A program made the position numbers and the translations under genes. Under the pieces are notes generated by a model. The model had not been told where the DNA came from. It saw only the letters and a program-made list of their open reading frames with translations, and did no database searches. From Macrostomum lignano (lineage: Eukaryota): a stretch of 64,000 bases of DNA. Location: the NCBI GenBank assembly GCA_002269645.1, contig NIVC01002825.1, positions 1 through 64,000 on the forward strand. Reading direction: 5' to 3'. The stretch's first letter is position 1; every line of letters starts with the position of its first letter. Shown one piece after another: positions 1 to 10,800 of this stretch.

Positions 1-729
1 TTTGAATTCGTCACATGAGACATCGAACTGTCACTACAGTGGCAGCAGTGGGCACATGGTTATGGTTGGATTGGAAAAAGTTCCGATGTTTGCACATGGT
101 TGTGCAATGTTCATGACCCCAACGCACCACTTCGGTAAGGCAAATTCGAACTTGTTATCAAAGTGGAAGGTCTAAGGTTCTGGAACTCGAGCGCTTATCA
201 GGAACTCTAAGCGATTGAGAGTTGCACAAAGCGGTGGGCAATATAAAAAATTTTATCATTGTTTTCAAAGTCAACGAGCTGTTTTGCTTAAATTTTTCTG
301 GCTTTGGACTCTTCAGCTGGGGCTTATCTTGAGGATGTTGACAAAAAATCAGAATGACTTTACAGTAAGATAGTGAAAGCAACAAATAATAAAATAACAG
401 CGCTTCAATTAAATTCTCAAAACCATTTTCTCAACGCAAAAAGTATAGGAAAATCATTTCCTATCATACTGCAATTCACCCGCCAGCAGGGGAGTCAGGT
501 AGCCCTGGGACAAATGAGGCAGCGCCAACTGCATGTAGAGAGAAATCTACTACACCTGCCAATGTGCCAGATGACGACGTTGTACGCCTGATGTACTATT
601 TGAGTTGCATAAGAAATGTACTGCCTGACTGCATGCCAGCCCACCTGACAAACTACTCCAACTACAGCAATCTGAGCCACTGGTAATTGAGATCGCCAAG
701 GCGTTCCCGCCGAGCAAAATGTGAGCACC

Positions 730-1592
730 CGCATAGTGGAAAGAGACTTTCGCGCTGCGACCCCTGGTTCGATTCTGCACGCGGCCACATTCGTTGCTTG
801 TGCATGGAAATTGGCCGAATGGATTATCGAACGATTAACACCCATGGGGGCCGACACCGAAGGCACATAGAGTGTACATGCATGACGATTAGTACACCCT
901 GTGTGAGCGTGTGTGTGAGTGCGTGCCTGCGTACAGTATTGGCGCGCTTGTATGTGCTCAGAAGTCCACAGGGAGAGGTGGGCTAACCCCCCTCGACTTG
1001 TGGGCTAACCCCCCCCCCCTTGGCTGTCCCCTGTCCTTCCTCCGCCATGCGCAGATCCCTGCTTGGACTTAACCGCAGGGACATCAGGGCGGTGACTATG
1101 GCTGTTTTGCCAGGCATCGTCACGTCCAGGGAAAATCCGCAGTGAGGATGCCCCTTCTGCCTTTCCGGTGTCGAGAATGCGGAGTACTTCATCTGTGAGT
1201 GCCCCGCCTTTACTCAGGCAGGCTCACCTACCTCAGCCCAAACCCGGACCTCTCCGACCTTTTCGAGCCCGAGAATCTCTGCCAGCTCGTCCGCTACCTA
1301 AGGGCTACCGGGCGAGCGACAGTCCACCTCTTGGACCCTCCGGAGGGGGACCGCGCTGCGGACACCGGCACCACCGGATCTCCCTGCGCGACACCGCACA
1401 ACTAGCTGCCCGTGGTCGCCAGGGGTTAGCGAAATGGGCGGCAACGCCTCCTCGCTGTTTCCGGACGCACGGAGCCCCCTGCAGCTGAGTCAAGTCAAGT
1501 GCTCAGGAGTCAGCGGAATGGGCAGAATCGCCTCACAACTGGCTGTGGGACGATATCGCTGAGAGTGTTGCGCCAGGTTGCCTCACAACCCT
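730..1592 (+). mobile_element. tRNA-derived SINE family A, copy 1 (730-966 plus 1499-1592), split by a LINE fragment
   Basis: A-box-like TAGTGG and B-box GGTTCGATTC near 733-775. Body TACACCCTGTGTGAGCGTGTG..GCGTACAG..GTGCTCAG is shared with copies near 2975-3275 and 31890-32125. The 3' part resumes at 1499. Confidence 0.7.
967..1498 (+). mobile_element. 5'-truncated non-LTR retrotransposon 3' fragment (R1/Loa/I-like C-terminal zinc knuckle), decayed
   Basis: Encodes [51 protein letters not shown] with a stop and a frameshift. Ends in a (CAAGT)n tail. Flanked by a 13-bp near-identical duplication GTGCTCAG(A/G)AGTC at 954-966 and 1499-1511. Confidence 0.65.
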
Positions 1593-2483
1593 ATAGTCGT
1601 AATTATTTATATTCTAGAAATTCATAGAGTTGCCTCACCCCCAGGTGTGCAGTCAGCAGACTCGATCGATATCACAGTGCTTAGACAGAGGGTGGTTGCG
1701 ACTCCCACTCTGTACTTTTACGGTAGCGTTGCTGTCTCATAAAAGCTGTGTGAAATCTTGGAGCTCATGAAGCTTAATTTTCCACTCGCTCCCTGCGGCT
1801 GCCTCGAGGGCCGACGCAAGCTTGCAGGTCCCTAACTTGCAGGCGCTGACCCACTGAGCAAAGGGTATCCTCCTTTCCTCTCCTTTGCCCTGATCTTTTC
1901 AGCCCCCTAGCTCGTATTTATCAAAGTTGAAAATGCCGGCGAACGATGCGGTGCCTTCCTGAAGTTCACTTCGCTGGAGGAGACGATCAGCGCCCTGGGA
2001 ATTGAAAGTGACGGAGCCACCGTGATGGCTCTCAGACGGCAGGCGTCATCGGAGCACCTGCTCGAAGTGTTTGCCTACGAGGAGGCCTGGGCTCGTAGAA
2101 ACTACTTCGCTGCTCGGCTGAGAAAGATTCTGGAAGAGTAAGTTTTAAAGCCGCTAAAACACACGAATTTCCATCAATCGCACATTTGTATAGTTATAAA
2201 AGATGTTTTGAAATTTGATTATGCCCTATTTTTGTAATCCTAATTTTTAGGAGCTCAAGCTCTTGCACCGTGCTGTAGACCAAGGTACAATAAGAAAGGC
2301 ACAACATATCAAAAGATGAACACTGGATCTGCCTCCTATCAAAAGCAATAACAATTTTTGTGCTGAAAAAATTAAAACCTCCTATCTCTGTAGTGTCTTT
2401 TTCGGCGAAAAGTTGCCTTCAAAACATTTACCATAGATTTCGAGTGTAGCGTCCTATATATATGTTACTTGAGTAGTCCTTGA

Positions 2484-2859
2484 CTAGAAGTTACCGTTGT
2501 ATCAGGACGTAACACTCGTAAATATTGCAAAAATTTTTGAAGGCCCGCTTGTTTGTATATTGGAGCTAATCTTGAAATGCTTGCTCATAACTCTGGATCA
2601 GTTGCACTTTTATCATGCAAAGAGATAATTTGTCGCTAGGTTGTTCGAAATTTTGTACTCTTTAAGACGACACAAAGTTTGGTCCTATCTTCCTACATAT
2701 ACAGGAAGATATATGTAGGAACGGCAGGCGTACAGTGCAGAAATGGCTATACGCAATATTTCATAGAAGTCAAAATGAATTAAGTGTTGCAGTCATTTCA
2801 TGTATTAATCCATAGTCTCGACAAAGTAGCAGACGTCCTGATATAACGGTAACTTCTAG
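2484..2859. mobile_element. MITE-like non-autonomous DNA element, 376 bp
   Basis: 27-bp terminal inverted repeats CTAGAAGTTACCGTT(G/A)TATCAGGACGT at 2484-2510 and 2833-2859 with 1 mismatch; non-coding interior. Confidence 0.65.
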
Positions 2860-2974
2860 CTAGTGGTCCTTGAGTGAGACATTTTTCATAGCTTTCCCTT
2901 TCTAACATAACAGGAAGATGTTACAAAAAGGTCTTACCGGCTACCAAATTTCACTAACAAGACCAACACAGATC

Positions 2975-3275
2975 CCGGGTTCGATTCATTTCACATTCAT
3001 TTGGGGCCTTATGTACACGAAAATTGGCCAGGGGTTGTCGATTCACACCCACGAGGGCCAGCCCCAAAGCACAGAGAGTGTACATGTCTGATGATTAGAC
3101 GTCAATGGGCTGCTGTACACCCTGTGTGAGCGTGTGTATGAGAGCTTGCCCGCGTACAGTACTGGCGCTCTTCTATTGGTGCTCAGGAGTCAGCGGAATG
3201 GGCAGAACTGCCTCACAAGTGCTGGCTGTGGAATGATGTCGCCGAATGCTTTGCACCAGGGTGCCCGGAGCCCTC
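2975..3275 (+). mobile_element. tRNA-derived SINE family A, copy 2
   Basis: B-box GGGTTCGATTC near 2978. Shares CACAGAGAGTGTACATG, TACACCCTGTGTGAGCGTGTG and GTGCTCAGGAGTCAGCGGAATGGGCAGAA with copy 1, and is uninterrupted at the site where copy 1 carries the LINE. Confidence 0.7.
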
Positions 3276-3825
3276 TTACAAATATCGAATATTTAAATTT
3301 TTAATTCATAGGTAATCGTGAACTTACTCTGATGAGTGCACAGCGCCCCTGACTGTACCATACCATCGCCATTGAGAAATTAAAAAATTAGTAAACAAAA
3401 AAAATTAGTCTGAAGCCCTCACTCATTTTGATACCTTGTAAAAGCAGAGACAATGAAGACACCACCCACGAGAAAAGCTGCTTCTTCTGTAAGAATGCAA
3501 GTATTTCCAGTTGCAGTGTGGCCATGAGGTACAAAAAAACAATAAAGAGACGGGTGAAGAGATTCGTGCCAACAAGCGCTTCGACACTTGACCCCCTCTC
3601 CAGTACTACTCGAGTGGGCGTACTCAGGCTGGTCTCATTGAGCAGTTCTTAACTTGGGTCTAAAAGGTTTGCACGCAATTCTTAGTGCGAATATCTTTTG
3701 CTTGGCTGGAGGGTGGGGTCCTGTCAAATTCCTTGAGTTATTTTATAGAATTCCTGTCTAAAAGTTTGTCACCGCTTAAAAAAGCTGTTTATAGATCCGC
3801 CTTGCGCTTCTGTGCTTCAATCTGT

Positions 3826-4325
3826 GTTTCTGTGATCTGTGATTCTGCGAGTCTGTGATTCTGTGATTCTGTGAGTCTGTGAGTCTGTGATTCTGTGATT
3901 CTGTGATTCTCTGATGTGATCTGCGATTCTGTGATTCTGTGATTCTGTGATCTGTGATTCTGTGATTCTGTGATCTGTGATTTTGTGAACTCTGATCTGT
4001 GATTTTCTGATCCGTGATTCTGTGATCTGTGATCTGTGATTCTGTGGTTTTGTGATTTGTGTATCTGTGATCTGTGATTCTGTGATTCTGTGATTCTCTG
4101 ATGTGATCTGTGGTTCTGTGATTTGTGATTCTGTGATTCTGTGATTCTGTGATTTGTGATTCTGTGATCTGTGATTCTGTGGTTCTGTGATTTGTGATTC
4201 TGTGATCTGTGATTCTGTGATTCTGTGATTCTCTGATGTGATCTGTGATTCTGTGATTCTGTGATTTTGTAATCTGTGATCTGTGATTTTGTGATCTGTG
4301 ATTCTGTGATTCTGTGATCCGTGAT
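3826..4325. repeat. Degenerate (TGTGATTC)n / (TGTGATC)n microsatellite
   Basis: Directly visible 7-8 bp periodicity. Confidence 0.9.
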
Positions 4326-4569
4326 TTGTTTTTCTTGCTCAGTTTGGCTTAAGGATTTCTGAGGATCTTCATGCAGGCATATTTTGCCTGCTAAGTTGTA
4401 TCAAAACGTCTGAGAGAGCCTCTATAACCATGTTTGGCCAACTTGGCTGAAAGTATTAGCCAGATATACAGGTAGAAAGTGCCAGCAGACGCCTCCGAGT
4501 TTATTCGGAGTTCACGTGGAGTTCAACGGTACTTTTGCGTAGCTGCCAGCTCAGTGCACAGGACTGCAA

Positions 4570-4669
4570 TTTCACCAGGCCGAAACTTCACATTGCAGAA
4601 ATGGCTTGCACTCTCTTTCGTAACTATCGTAGCTATATTTCGGCAATGTGAAGTTTCGGCCTGGTGAAA
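4570..4669. repeat. Perfect 27-bp inverted repeat (hairpin or miniature MITE)
   Basis: TTTCACCAGGCCGAAACTTCACATTGC (4570-4596) is the exact reverse complement of 4643-4669. Confidence 0.85.
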
Positions 4670-5147
4670 GCGCTCCGTTTTTCTGACGTACTGACAGCGC
4701 ATTTTGTTGCCATGCCGCGTGTTGCAGCTTGAAATACAGAAACAGCGAGTTGGCACAGGGTCGATTCTTAAATCTAAAAGAGATTTTTAGATTTCTCTTT
4801 AAAGGCGTTGTCGCAGTTGATAACAGCTCAGAATTCGCCTCTTATTGAAGAAATTGTTGTGCATATTTTTCTAATTCCAAATTCAAGTGCACTTTATTGT
4901 ACCTGCGCTAAAAAAGTGTTTGGTGAGGATGTCAAGATATTTTTCGTGCATTATCTCCAGGATATTCAAATAAGATTTTGTGAAAAGCACCGGGCTAGCA
5001 AATTTCTCAGTTTAGCCAATAAGAATGCTGAGGAGTCCAGATTGATTAAAATGCATAAATACGCCGGCTCAAAAAGCAGAAATAGCAGATAGAGAAATTT
5101 TATCGACTTGCTTAACTCAACAATCTCTTCAACGGCAAGCAGCAGCA

Positions 5148-5997
5148 ATGGCCGCCCTAGCGCACATGCAGCAGCGCCAGCTGCAGGTTGAGAAAACTGG
5201 CAGCCGAACGACCGTCCCCAACCACAGCGTTGGCCGGCTCATGTACTACCTGAAGTGCATGACGGACGTGCTTGGTGACTGCATTCCAGCACACCTGACC
5301 AACTATTCCAATTGCTACGGGCTGAGCTACTCGGACAGGCAGGTGGTCATCGAGATTGCAAGGGAATATCCGCCAAGCAAGATGTGAGATTTACTGGCTT
5401 TGGATTGGGGTGTTCAGCTGCTTCCCGCATGTCCTCTTGCAACATCCGCGTTGTTGTTACCTGTTACATCCGGGTCATCAAGTATCCCAATTTTACCTGT
5501 TACATCCGGGTCATCAAGTATCCCCATTTTACCTGTTATATCCGGGTCATCAAGTATCCCTATTTTTACCGGCAACCTGCAACCACCCACAGACCGCTCT
5601 TCATTCCTGTTGATGACGCTGGAGACAGCAGCAACGACTTCCTGACGTTCAGCTCCCTGGAGGAAACGATCACAGCGCTGGGCATCCAGGGCGACGGAGA
5701 AGCGATGATGGCACTGAGACGTCAGGTGTCCAACCAGCACCTGTTCAAGGTGATGGTCTACGAGGATGCCTGGGCTCGCAACAACTATTACGGACCACTG
5801 AGGGAGATTCAGCGGGAGGAGGAGCAGAGGCGATACCGGCAGCTGCAGGCCGCTCCCTCGTACGGCAGCAGGAAAAAGTGCGTGAGCTCTCGCGTTAAAA
5901 AATGCTGGACTTCCTATTCACCGCTTAGACCAGAGCAATTAAATTCTTAAGTATCTTATTTTACGCTTTTAGAAGTTCCACCTGTGTCCTGCTGTGA
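5148..5997 (+). CDS. Uncharacterised 181-aa protein with C-terminal polybasic plus CaaX motif (exons 5148-5383, 5593-5877, 5973-5997)
   Basis: Phase-2 GT-AG introns (GTGAGA..CACAG; GTGCGT..TTTTAG) give a continuous frame MAALAHMQQRQLQVEK..RLMYYLKCM..WARNNYYGPL..YGSRKKSSTCVLL*. The same exon phases and a CaaX end occur in the upstream paralog. Confidence 0.75.
5458..5570. repeat. 36-bp tandem repeat, 3 copies, in intron 1 of the CaaX gene
   Basis: CTGTTACATCCGGGTCATCAAGTATCCC recurs at 5461, 5497 and about 5533. Confidence 0.85.
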
Positions 5998-6105
5998 GCT
6001 CGCCAACTCTGCCAGCAAGAAGTAACGGATCTGGGTGTTACATCGACAAATTATAATAGATTTCGAGTAACGCGTTAAAATAATTTACAAACGAAACAAC
6101 AAAAG

Positions 6106-6219
6106 GGGTCGTACTATAAAGCCGTCGTAGCGTAAGTTCGATCGTACATCGGAACTTTTACACTACGAAGATAGGAGCTAAGAACGATCATATCTTACGA
6201 TGGCTTTATAGAACGGGCC
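6106..6219. mobile_element. Small decayed MITE-like element
   Basis: Imperfect terminal inverted repeats of about 22 bp: GGGTCGTACTATAAAGCCGTCGTA versus TACGATGGCTTTATAGAACGGGCC. Confidence 0.4.
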
Positions 6220-7049
6220 ATAAACTCTCTATTTCTACAAGGATCACACTCAAATATTCATTTCAGCGCGTCTTTAAATAGTTTTTACTTTGGTTGGAAA
6301 TGTTTATTGCTTTTTAGAAATTCCTTCTTCACCTCGTGCTTTGTACTTTAATACCTCATTTTCGTTGGCATTTGACCGAGATCATATCATTCCTAAGCAA
6401 GTTTTTTTGTATTAAATTTGTACCAGATTAATTTTTAGATAACATGTAGATTTTTCTGCATAAATTTTTGTAGCTATGTACAATAGTATTATAGTGTAGT
6501 TAGCGGTGTTCGTTTCAAAAGTTTTTTACGTCACATATCGGTGGCTTAAGGCTAAATTTTCGGAGTCTGAAATGCGAGTAATTGCATAAAACAATGGAAT
6601 TCCCTTTTGCTTTCTGAGCTTTTGTGTTGTTAAATGTTTTAGGCAGTTGGGGGCAAACTTTCCGCTTTATGTTTTTTTCTATAAGAACATGAAATTATTT
6701 TTGCTAAAAAATAAAGTTTTAACCTGATGGCTTTGGATGGATCCGATTTAATGCGATGTTTTGAACAATTGAAATCTGTATGCAGGAGGGGTTGTTTGTC
6801 ATTTTGCACATTTACTGCAGGTGTAGGCAAGAGTCAGATGGGTAAAAAGCATTTGCAAAGTCTAAAGAGATGAAAGAAAAAGAAAGAAAATACTTCTCAT
6901 TGTTTCGGCTGGGTTCTGTTGCACCGAGATAGAAAGCTCGCAACCCCCAACTTCATGCAAAAGTTGTGGCAATAATATATTGAGTTCGGAATGCGGGGTA
7001 ATAAATAAACGTAATATTAAAGTGACTATCAACGAATTGAAGGTGCTTT

Positions 7050-7226
7050 TCAAGGAATCGAGGGTGATTATCAAGAAATTGAGGGTGATTATCAAGGAAT
7101 TGAGGGTGATTATCAAGGAATTGAGGGTGATTATCAAGGAATCGAGGGTGATTATCAAGAAATTGAGGGTGATTATCAAGGAATTGAGGGTGATTATCAA
7201 GGAATTGAGGGTGATTATCAAGGAAT
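7050..7226. repeat. 21-bp minisatellite, about 8 copies
   Basis: Unit AGGAATTGAGGGTGATTATCA. Confidence 0.9.
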
Positions 7227-7857
7227 CGAACGCAATCGAAAATTAGTTGTCCAACAAAATTTTATCGCAAATCCAAATGGCCAATAACTTCCATTATGCT
7301 TTTATAAAACCTCTGTAACTTAAGAAAAAAGAGCAAATCTTTTGCGCACTCTCATTTTTCTGATATTTACTTTTGATTAGAAGATTAAACAAAGAAAGAA
7401 AACATCTTGATACCATTGAAGTGTCACACTCGAATGCCTAAGGTATAGAATATCATCACACTTTGTAATAAATAAACAGTTTATTATATCATCTACAGAG
7501 TTGGAAGAATTACAGAACTCAAACAGGATTGCCTGCAATCAAGTTAAAAATGTTTTTTAAGTGTATCGTTGCTGATTAAACTACTTATAGTATTATTGAG
7601 CAAAATTAGTATAGAATGTTTAGAATTCGCAAGATAAAAAGGTTAAATAAAAAGGTTGTATTTGTTATTTATACCACTTTTACAATTAAATAATCTATAT
7701 GGATATATAGAATTGTTTTTGCAAACAAAGCATAACAAACTTTCATAAATTTGATGGAACTCTTTAGAACAACTGATATGTGGAAGACAGAATTGTCTGA
7801 TTGTTATACCGAAGCAAAAAGCTGATCAACATTTGTACTTTTAGTTGCAGTTGTACA

Positions 7858-10800
7858 TCAGGCATCGCCGATCAGGGCCAGAAGAATCTTGCGATAATCG
7901 CCGCTGGTGTCGTCCTTGATCCATTCGGCGAGGCTCTGCCCGAACTCCTTCTGGAAGGCGGTCTTGATCTGAACCATGTCCACCTCGCAGCGGCTGATCA
8001 CGATGCGAAGCAGCGTCTTGTCGTTGGTGCCTGGAGACGAATAGAGGGCGTTGAATAGAGGATGTGCAACCGACAGCTCAGCCGCAGCTATTGCGCGGCG
8101 CATCTGAAGGCTGCTGCGTACGGCTGTTCAGACCAAGGACTGGAGGGTTGCCACACGTACCCTCAATTACCCCAGCTAATGCTGGCACCCATTTTACCGC
8201 TGGGTGAACTGAAGCAATTCAGAGTTGAGTGTCTCGCTCAAGGACAAATTGTTCCAGCGGGATCGCGGATCGAACCCCTGACCCCGTTCAGTCGTGAGTT
8301 CAACGCTCTAACCACTACGCTACAACCCCATCAGACCAATCAGGAATCCAGAGTGTCTCACTCGCTGACTGCGGATCGGTTGTCGCCTTGAATAGTTACA
8401 ACATTAGGACAGATATTTTTGCCATCAACCCCTCCCTTTCACTTAAAGTGACACTTTAAATATAGAAAGTCTGAAAACCTCAAAGTTTTTTTACACAATG
8501 CTCAATTTCTTGAAAAATTTTCCCACATTGCTTGTCACGCTCGCTCGATCCTTTTCTCTCTGATTGAGCATGATTGAGTCACTTACCCAGGCCCTTCATC
8601 GCCTTCTGCAGCGACTTAGCAAAATAGGCCGGCTTGTTCTGAATGCAGCGGACCAGAGTCAGCATGGCGCGGAGCAGGTCGCCAGACATCTCCGCCTTCA
8701 AGGAGTCCTCGAGCGTCTTGCCGGTCAATTTCTCGTATTCGGCAAACAGGGCGCGCAGGTGGGCGTTGTTGTTGCCGCAGAGGATCTCGTTGAACTTGCT
8801 CTCGTCCGTGCCCCACTTGCCGACGCCGGCCTCCTGCAGGGCCTGGGCGTCCTTCTTCACCTGCTCCGGATCGTAGGAGCTGCCCTCCGGCCGGGCGCCG
8901 GTGAGCAGAGACACCAGAATGCGCTTGAAGTGGCCGGATGTGTCCGACATAACGTCGTCCTCAAGTTCGCGATTGTAAGCTGAGTTTGGTGTGCGGTATT
9001 GGAGTCGAAGAGTTGTTAGAAAGTTCATGACTCATTGGGATGGCAATTTTGCACGCTGTTTTTAGTTGTTTTCAGTGCGTGGTGTGTTTCGCCTTTCAGG
9101 GTCAGAGGGTGAGTTTCGTGAGCCAATAGTTGCTGTGTCTATAGTACGTAGTGCATTGTGCCCTTCAGGAGTCAGAGAGCTTTTCTGAACAAATCGTTCG
9201 GTTCCAGTAGATTAACCATCCATCTGGAATGCTTATTTTGGCCAGGGCATACAATATGAATCTGATCACTGAAAGCGGAGCAAACTCACTGGCTTTGTAG
9301 ATTTTCTTGATCTCCTCGATTTGGGCCTGCGTTCTGGTGCAGATGACCTCAATCAGGCAGTCCTCGTCCGTGCCCAGGCCCTTCACCGCCTCGCGAAGCT
9401 CTTTAGCGTCGTACTCGGCCGGTCCCAGGCACAGATTCTGGCAGATCTTGTTGAAATTGCCGCTCAGCTCGCTGTCCAACTCGCGTTTGAGATCTTTGCC
9501 GTATTTCATCTTGAAGGTGCGCACAATTTCCATACGCTGGGTGACGGTCCGATGGCCGAGCACGTTGATGATGCTCTCTTCGTTGGTGCCCAAACCTTTC
9601 ATCGCCTTGCGCAGCTGCTCCGCATCGGCCGCAGCGCTGAAGTTCGGATACGGCTTCAGCGTGCCCTCCTGGACGTACTCCTCCTGCAAGAAGAAGGCCT
9701 CCCCGGCCGGCTCTGGTGGCTTTTCCTCCTTCAGCACAATGGCGTCCGCCTTCTCGTGGTCGGTCTTTTTCACCTGTAGAAAGTGCAATTTTGCAATTTT
9801 TGCAATACTTTCTGCTGCAGACACCGATGACTAATAGAGCACACAGATCTAGTTATTCGCACCTCAGTCTCCACTTTGTGACTTGGCGGCGGCGGCGGCT
9901 TCTCCGCCTTCTTGGGCGGCGGCGGCGGGGGCGGCGGCGCAGGGTCCCTGCTGGCACTCTTTGAGGGAGGCATAAACGGCTTCGGTTTTGGATCCGAGCT
10001 CCGCTTGTTGATTGACTTTGGCGCGTGCAGCGGCTTCTTGTGCCCCGGCTTGGCGATGTGGATGGTCAGTAGGAATGAGTCGTCTGACTCGTCAAGTTCA
10101 GCTGACAGCACCTGCATCGGCAATGTGGAAAACTTCAAGCTTCTCATCGGCTTTAGAGTGACAGGCTCGGCGCGAGCAGGATAAAATTTCTTAGAAATTA
10201 AGACCAATTTGATTATTTCATGAGTAAGCTTACCTTGCCAAATTTCTGGTCCTCAATGGCAGCTTGAAATCCTCCATCTTTCCGCGCGAACTGCAGCAAG
10301 TGCGCGTAGACGTGCTGCAGCTGAGTTTTAAAGTCGCCGTCGCCCTTGCTGACAGGCAGGCAGGGCGGATCGGCGACGATCTTCTCAACCTTCTCAGTCT
10401 TCTTGGACTCGTCCACTAGGCGCCGGATGTCGTCCAGGGTGCTCTTGCGAGTCTCGTCCATGCGCTGCGACAGCTGTTGAGTCAGCTGGTTCAGCTGCTG
10501 CGGAGTCACGCCCTGTTGTGTGTTTTTTTCGCAACTAGTAAGAAAATGTTGTGCCAGCACCAACTTTAAGTAGGTTTTTAAGTATGAGCCCCCCGAGGGC
10601 CCTGACATTTTCACTCTGCAGTGTCCTCCCTCCCGTCCCGGCAGAATTCTAATCTAGCCACTCGTACGCTTGTAGCAAGCTTGGTGGCGGCGGGTCACTG
10701 CCGGCGTGAGCGCGTCAACTTTTACGATATTAGGGCCAATTTTTTCCTACGATTAGAAAAACGTAACGCCTAAAGATGAGACAGTTTTTAGCGCACAGAT

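Larger units (their letters stand above)
500..2278 (+). pseudogene. Probable pseudogene paralog of the 5148-5997 CaaX gene (exon 1 about 500-720, exon 2 about 1903/1911-2137, exon 3 2251-2278)
   Basis: Translates in pieces to MRQRQLHVE / VVRLMYYLSCIRNVLPDCMPAHLTNYSNY / VIEIAKAFPPSK, then FLKFTSLEETISALGIESDG..EEAWARRNY, then SSSSCTVL*, collinear with the intact copy. Donors GTGAGC at 721 and GTAAGT at 2138, acceptor TTTTAG ending 2250. Exon 1 has two frameshifts relative to the paralog and intron 1 holds SINE and LINE insertions. Confidence 0.75.

Noticed and set aside
40-140. Possible plus-strand exon ending at GTAAGG (about 136)
   Set aside because: Short, no recognisable product, and upstream context lies outside the window.
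3085-3360. Hammerhead ribozyme cores at CTGATGA (about 3088 and 3329)
   Set aside because: There is no stem II followed by GAAA; the equivalent SINE position varies in other copies.
8031-8103. N-terminal part of ORF 7858-8103 (MRRAIAAAELSVAH), and ORFs 8062-8391 and 37223-37459
   Set aside because: Derived from SINE family B sequence within introns; the true annexin exon begins at 8030.
8230-8330. tRNA gene (also 37400-37491 and 730-780)
   Set aside because: Only A/B boxes and partial arms are present, followed by a shared non-tRNA body in multiple copies: these are SINE heads.
8564-9834. Plus-strand ORFs antisense to annexin and ferlin exons (for example 8564-8983, 9307-9834, 30768-31475)
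   Set aside because: Shadow ORFs expected from GC3-rich codon usage on the coding strand.
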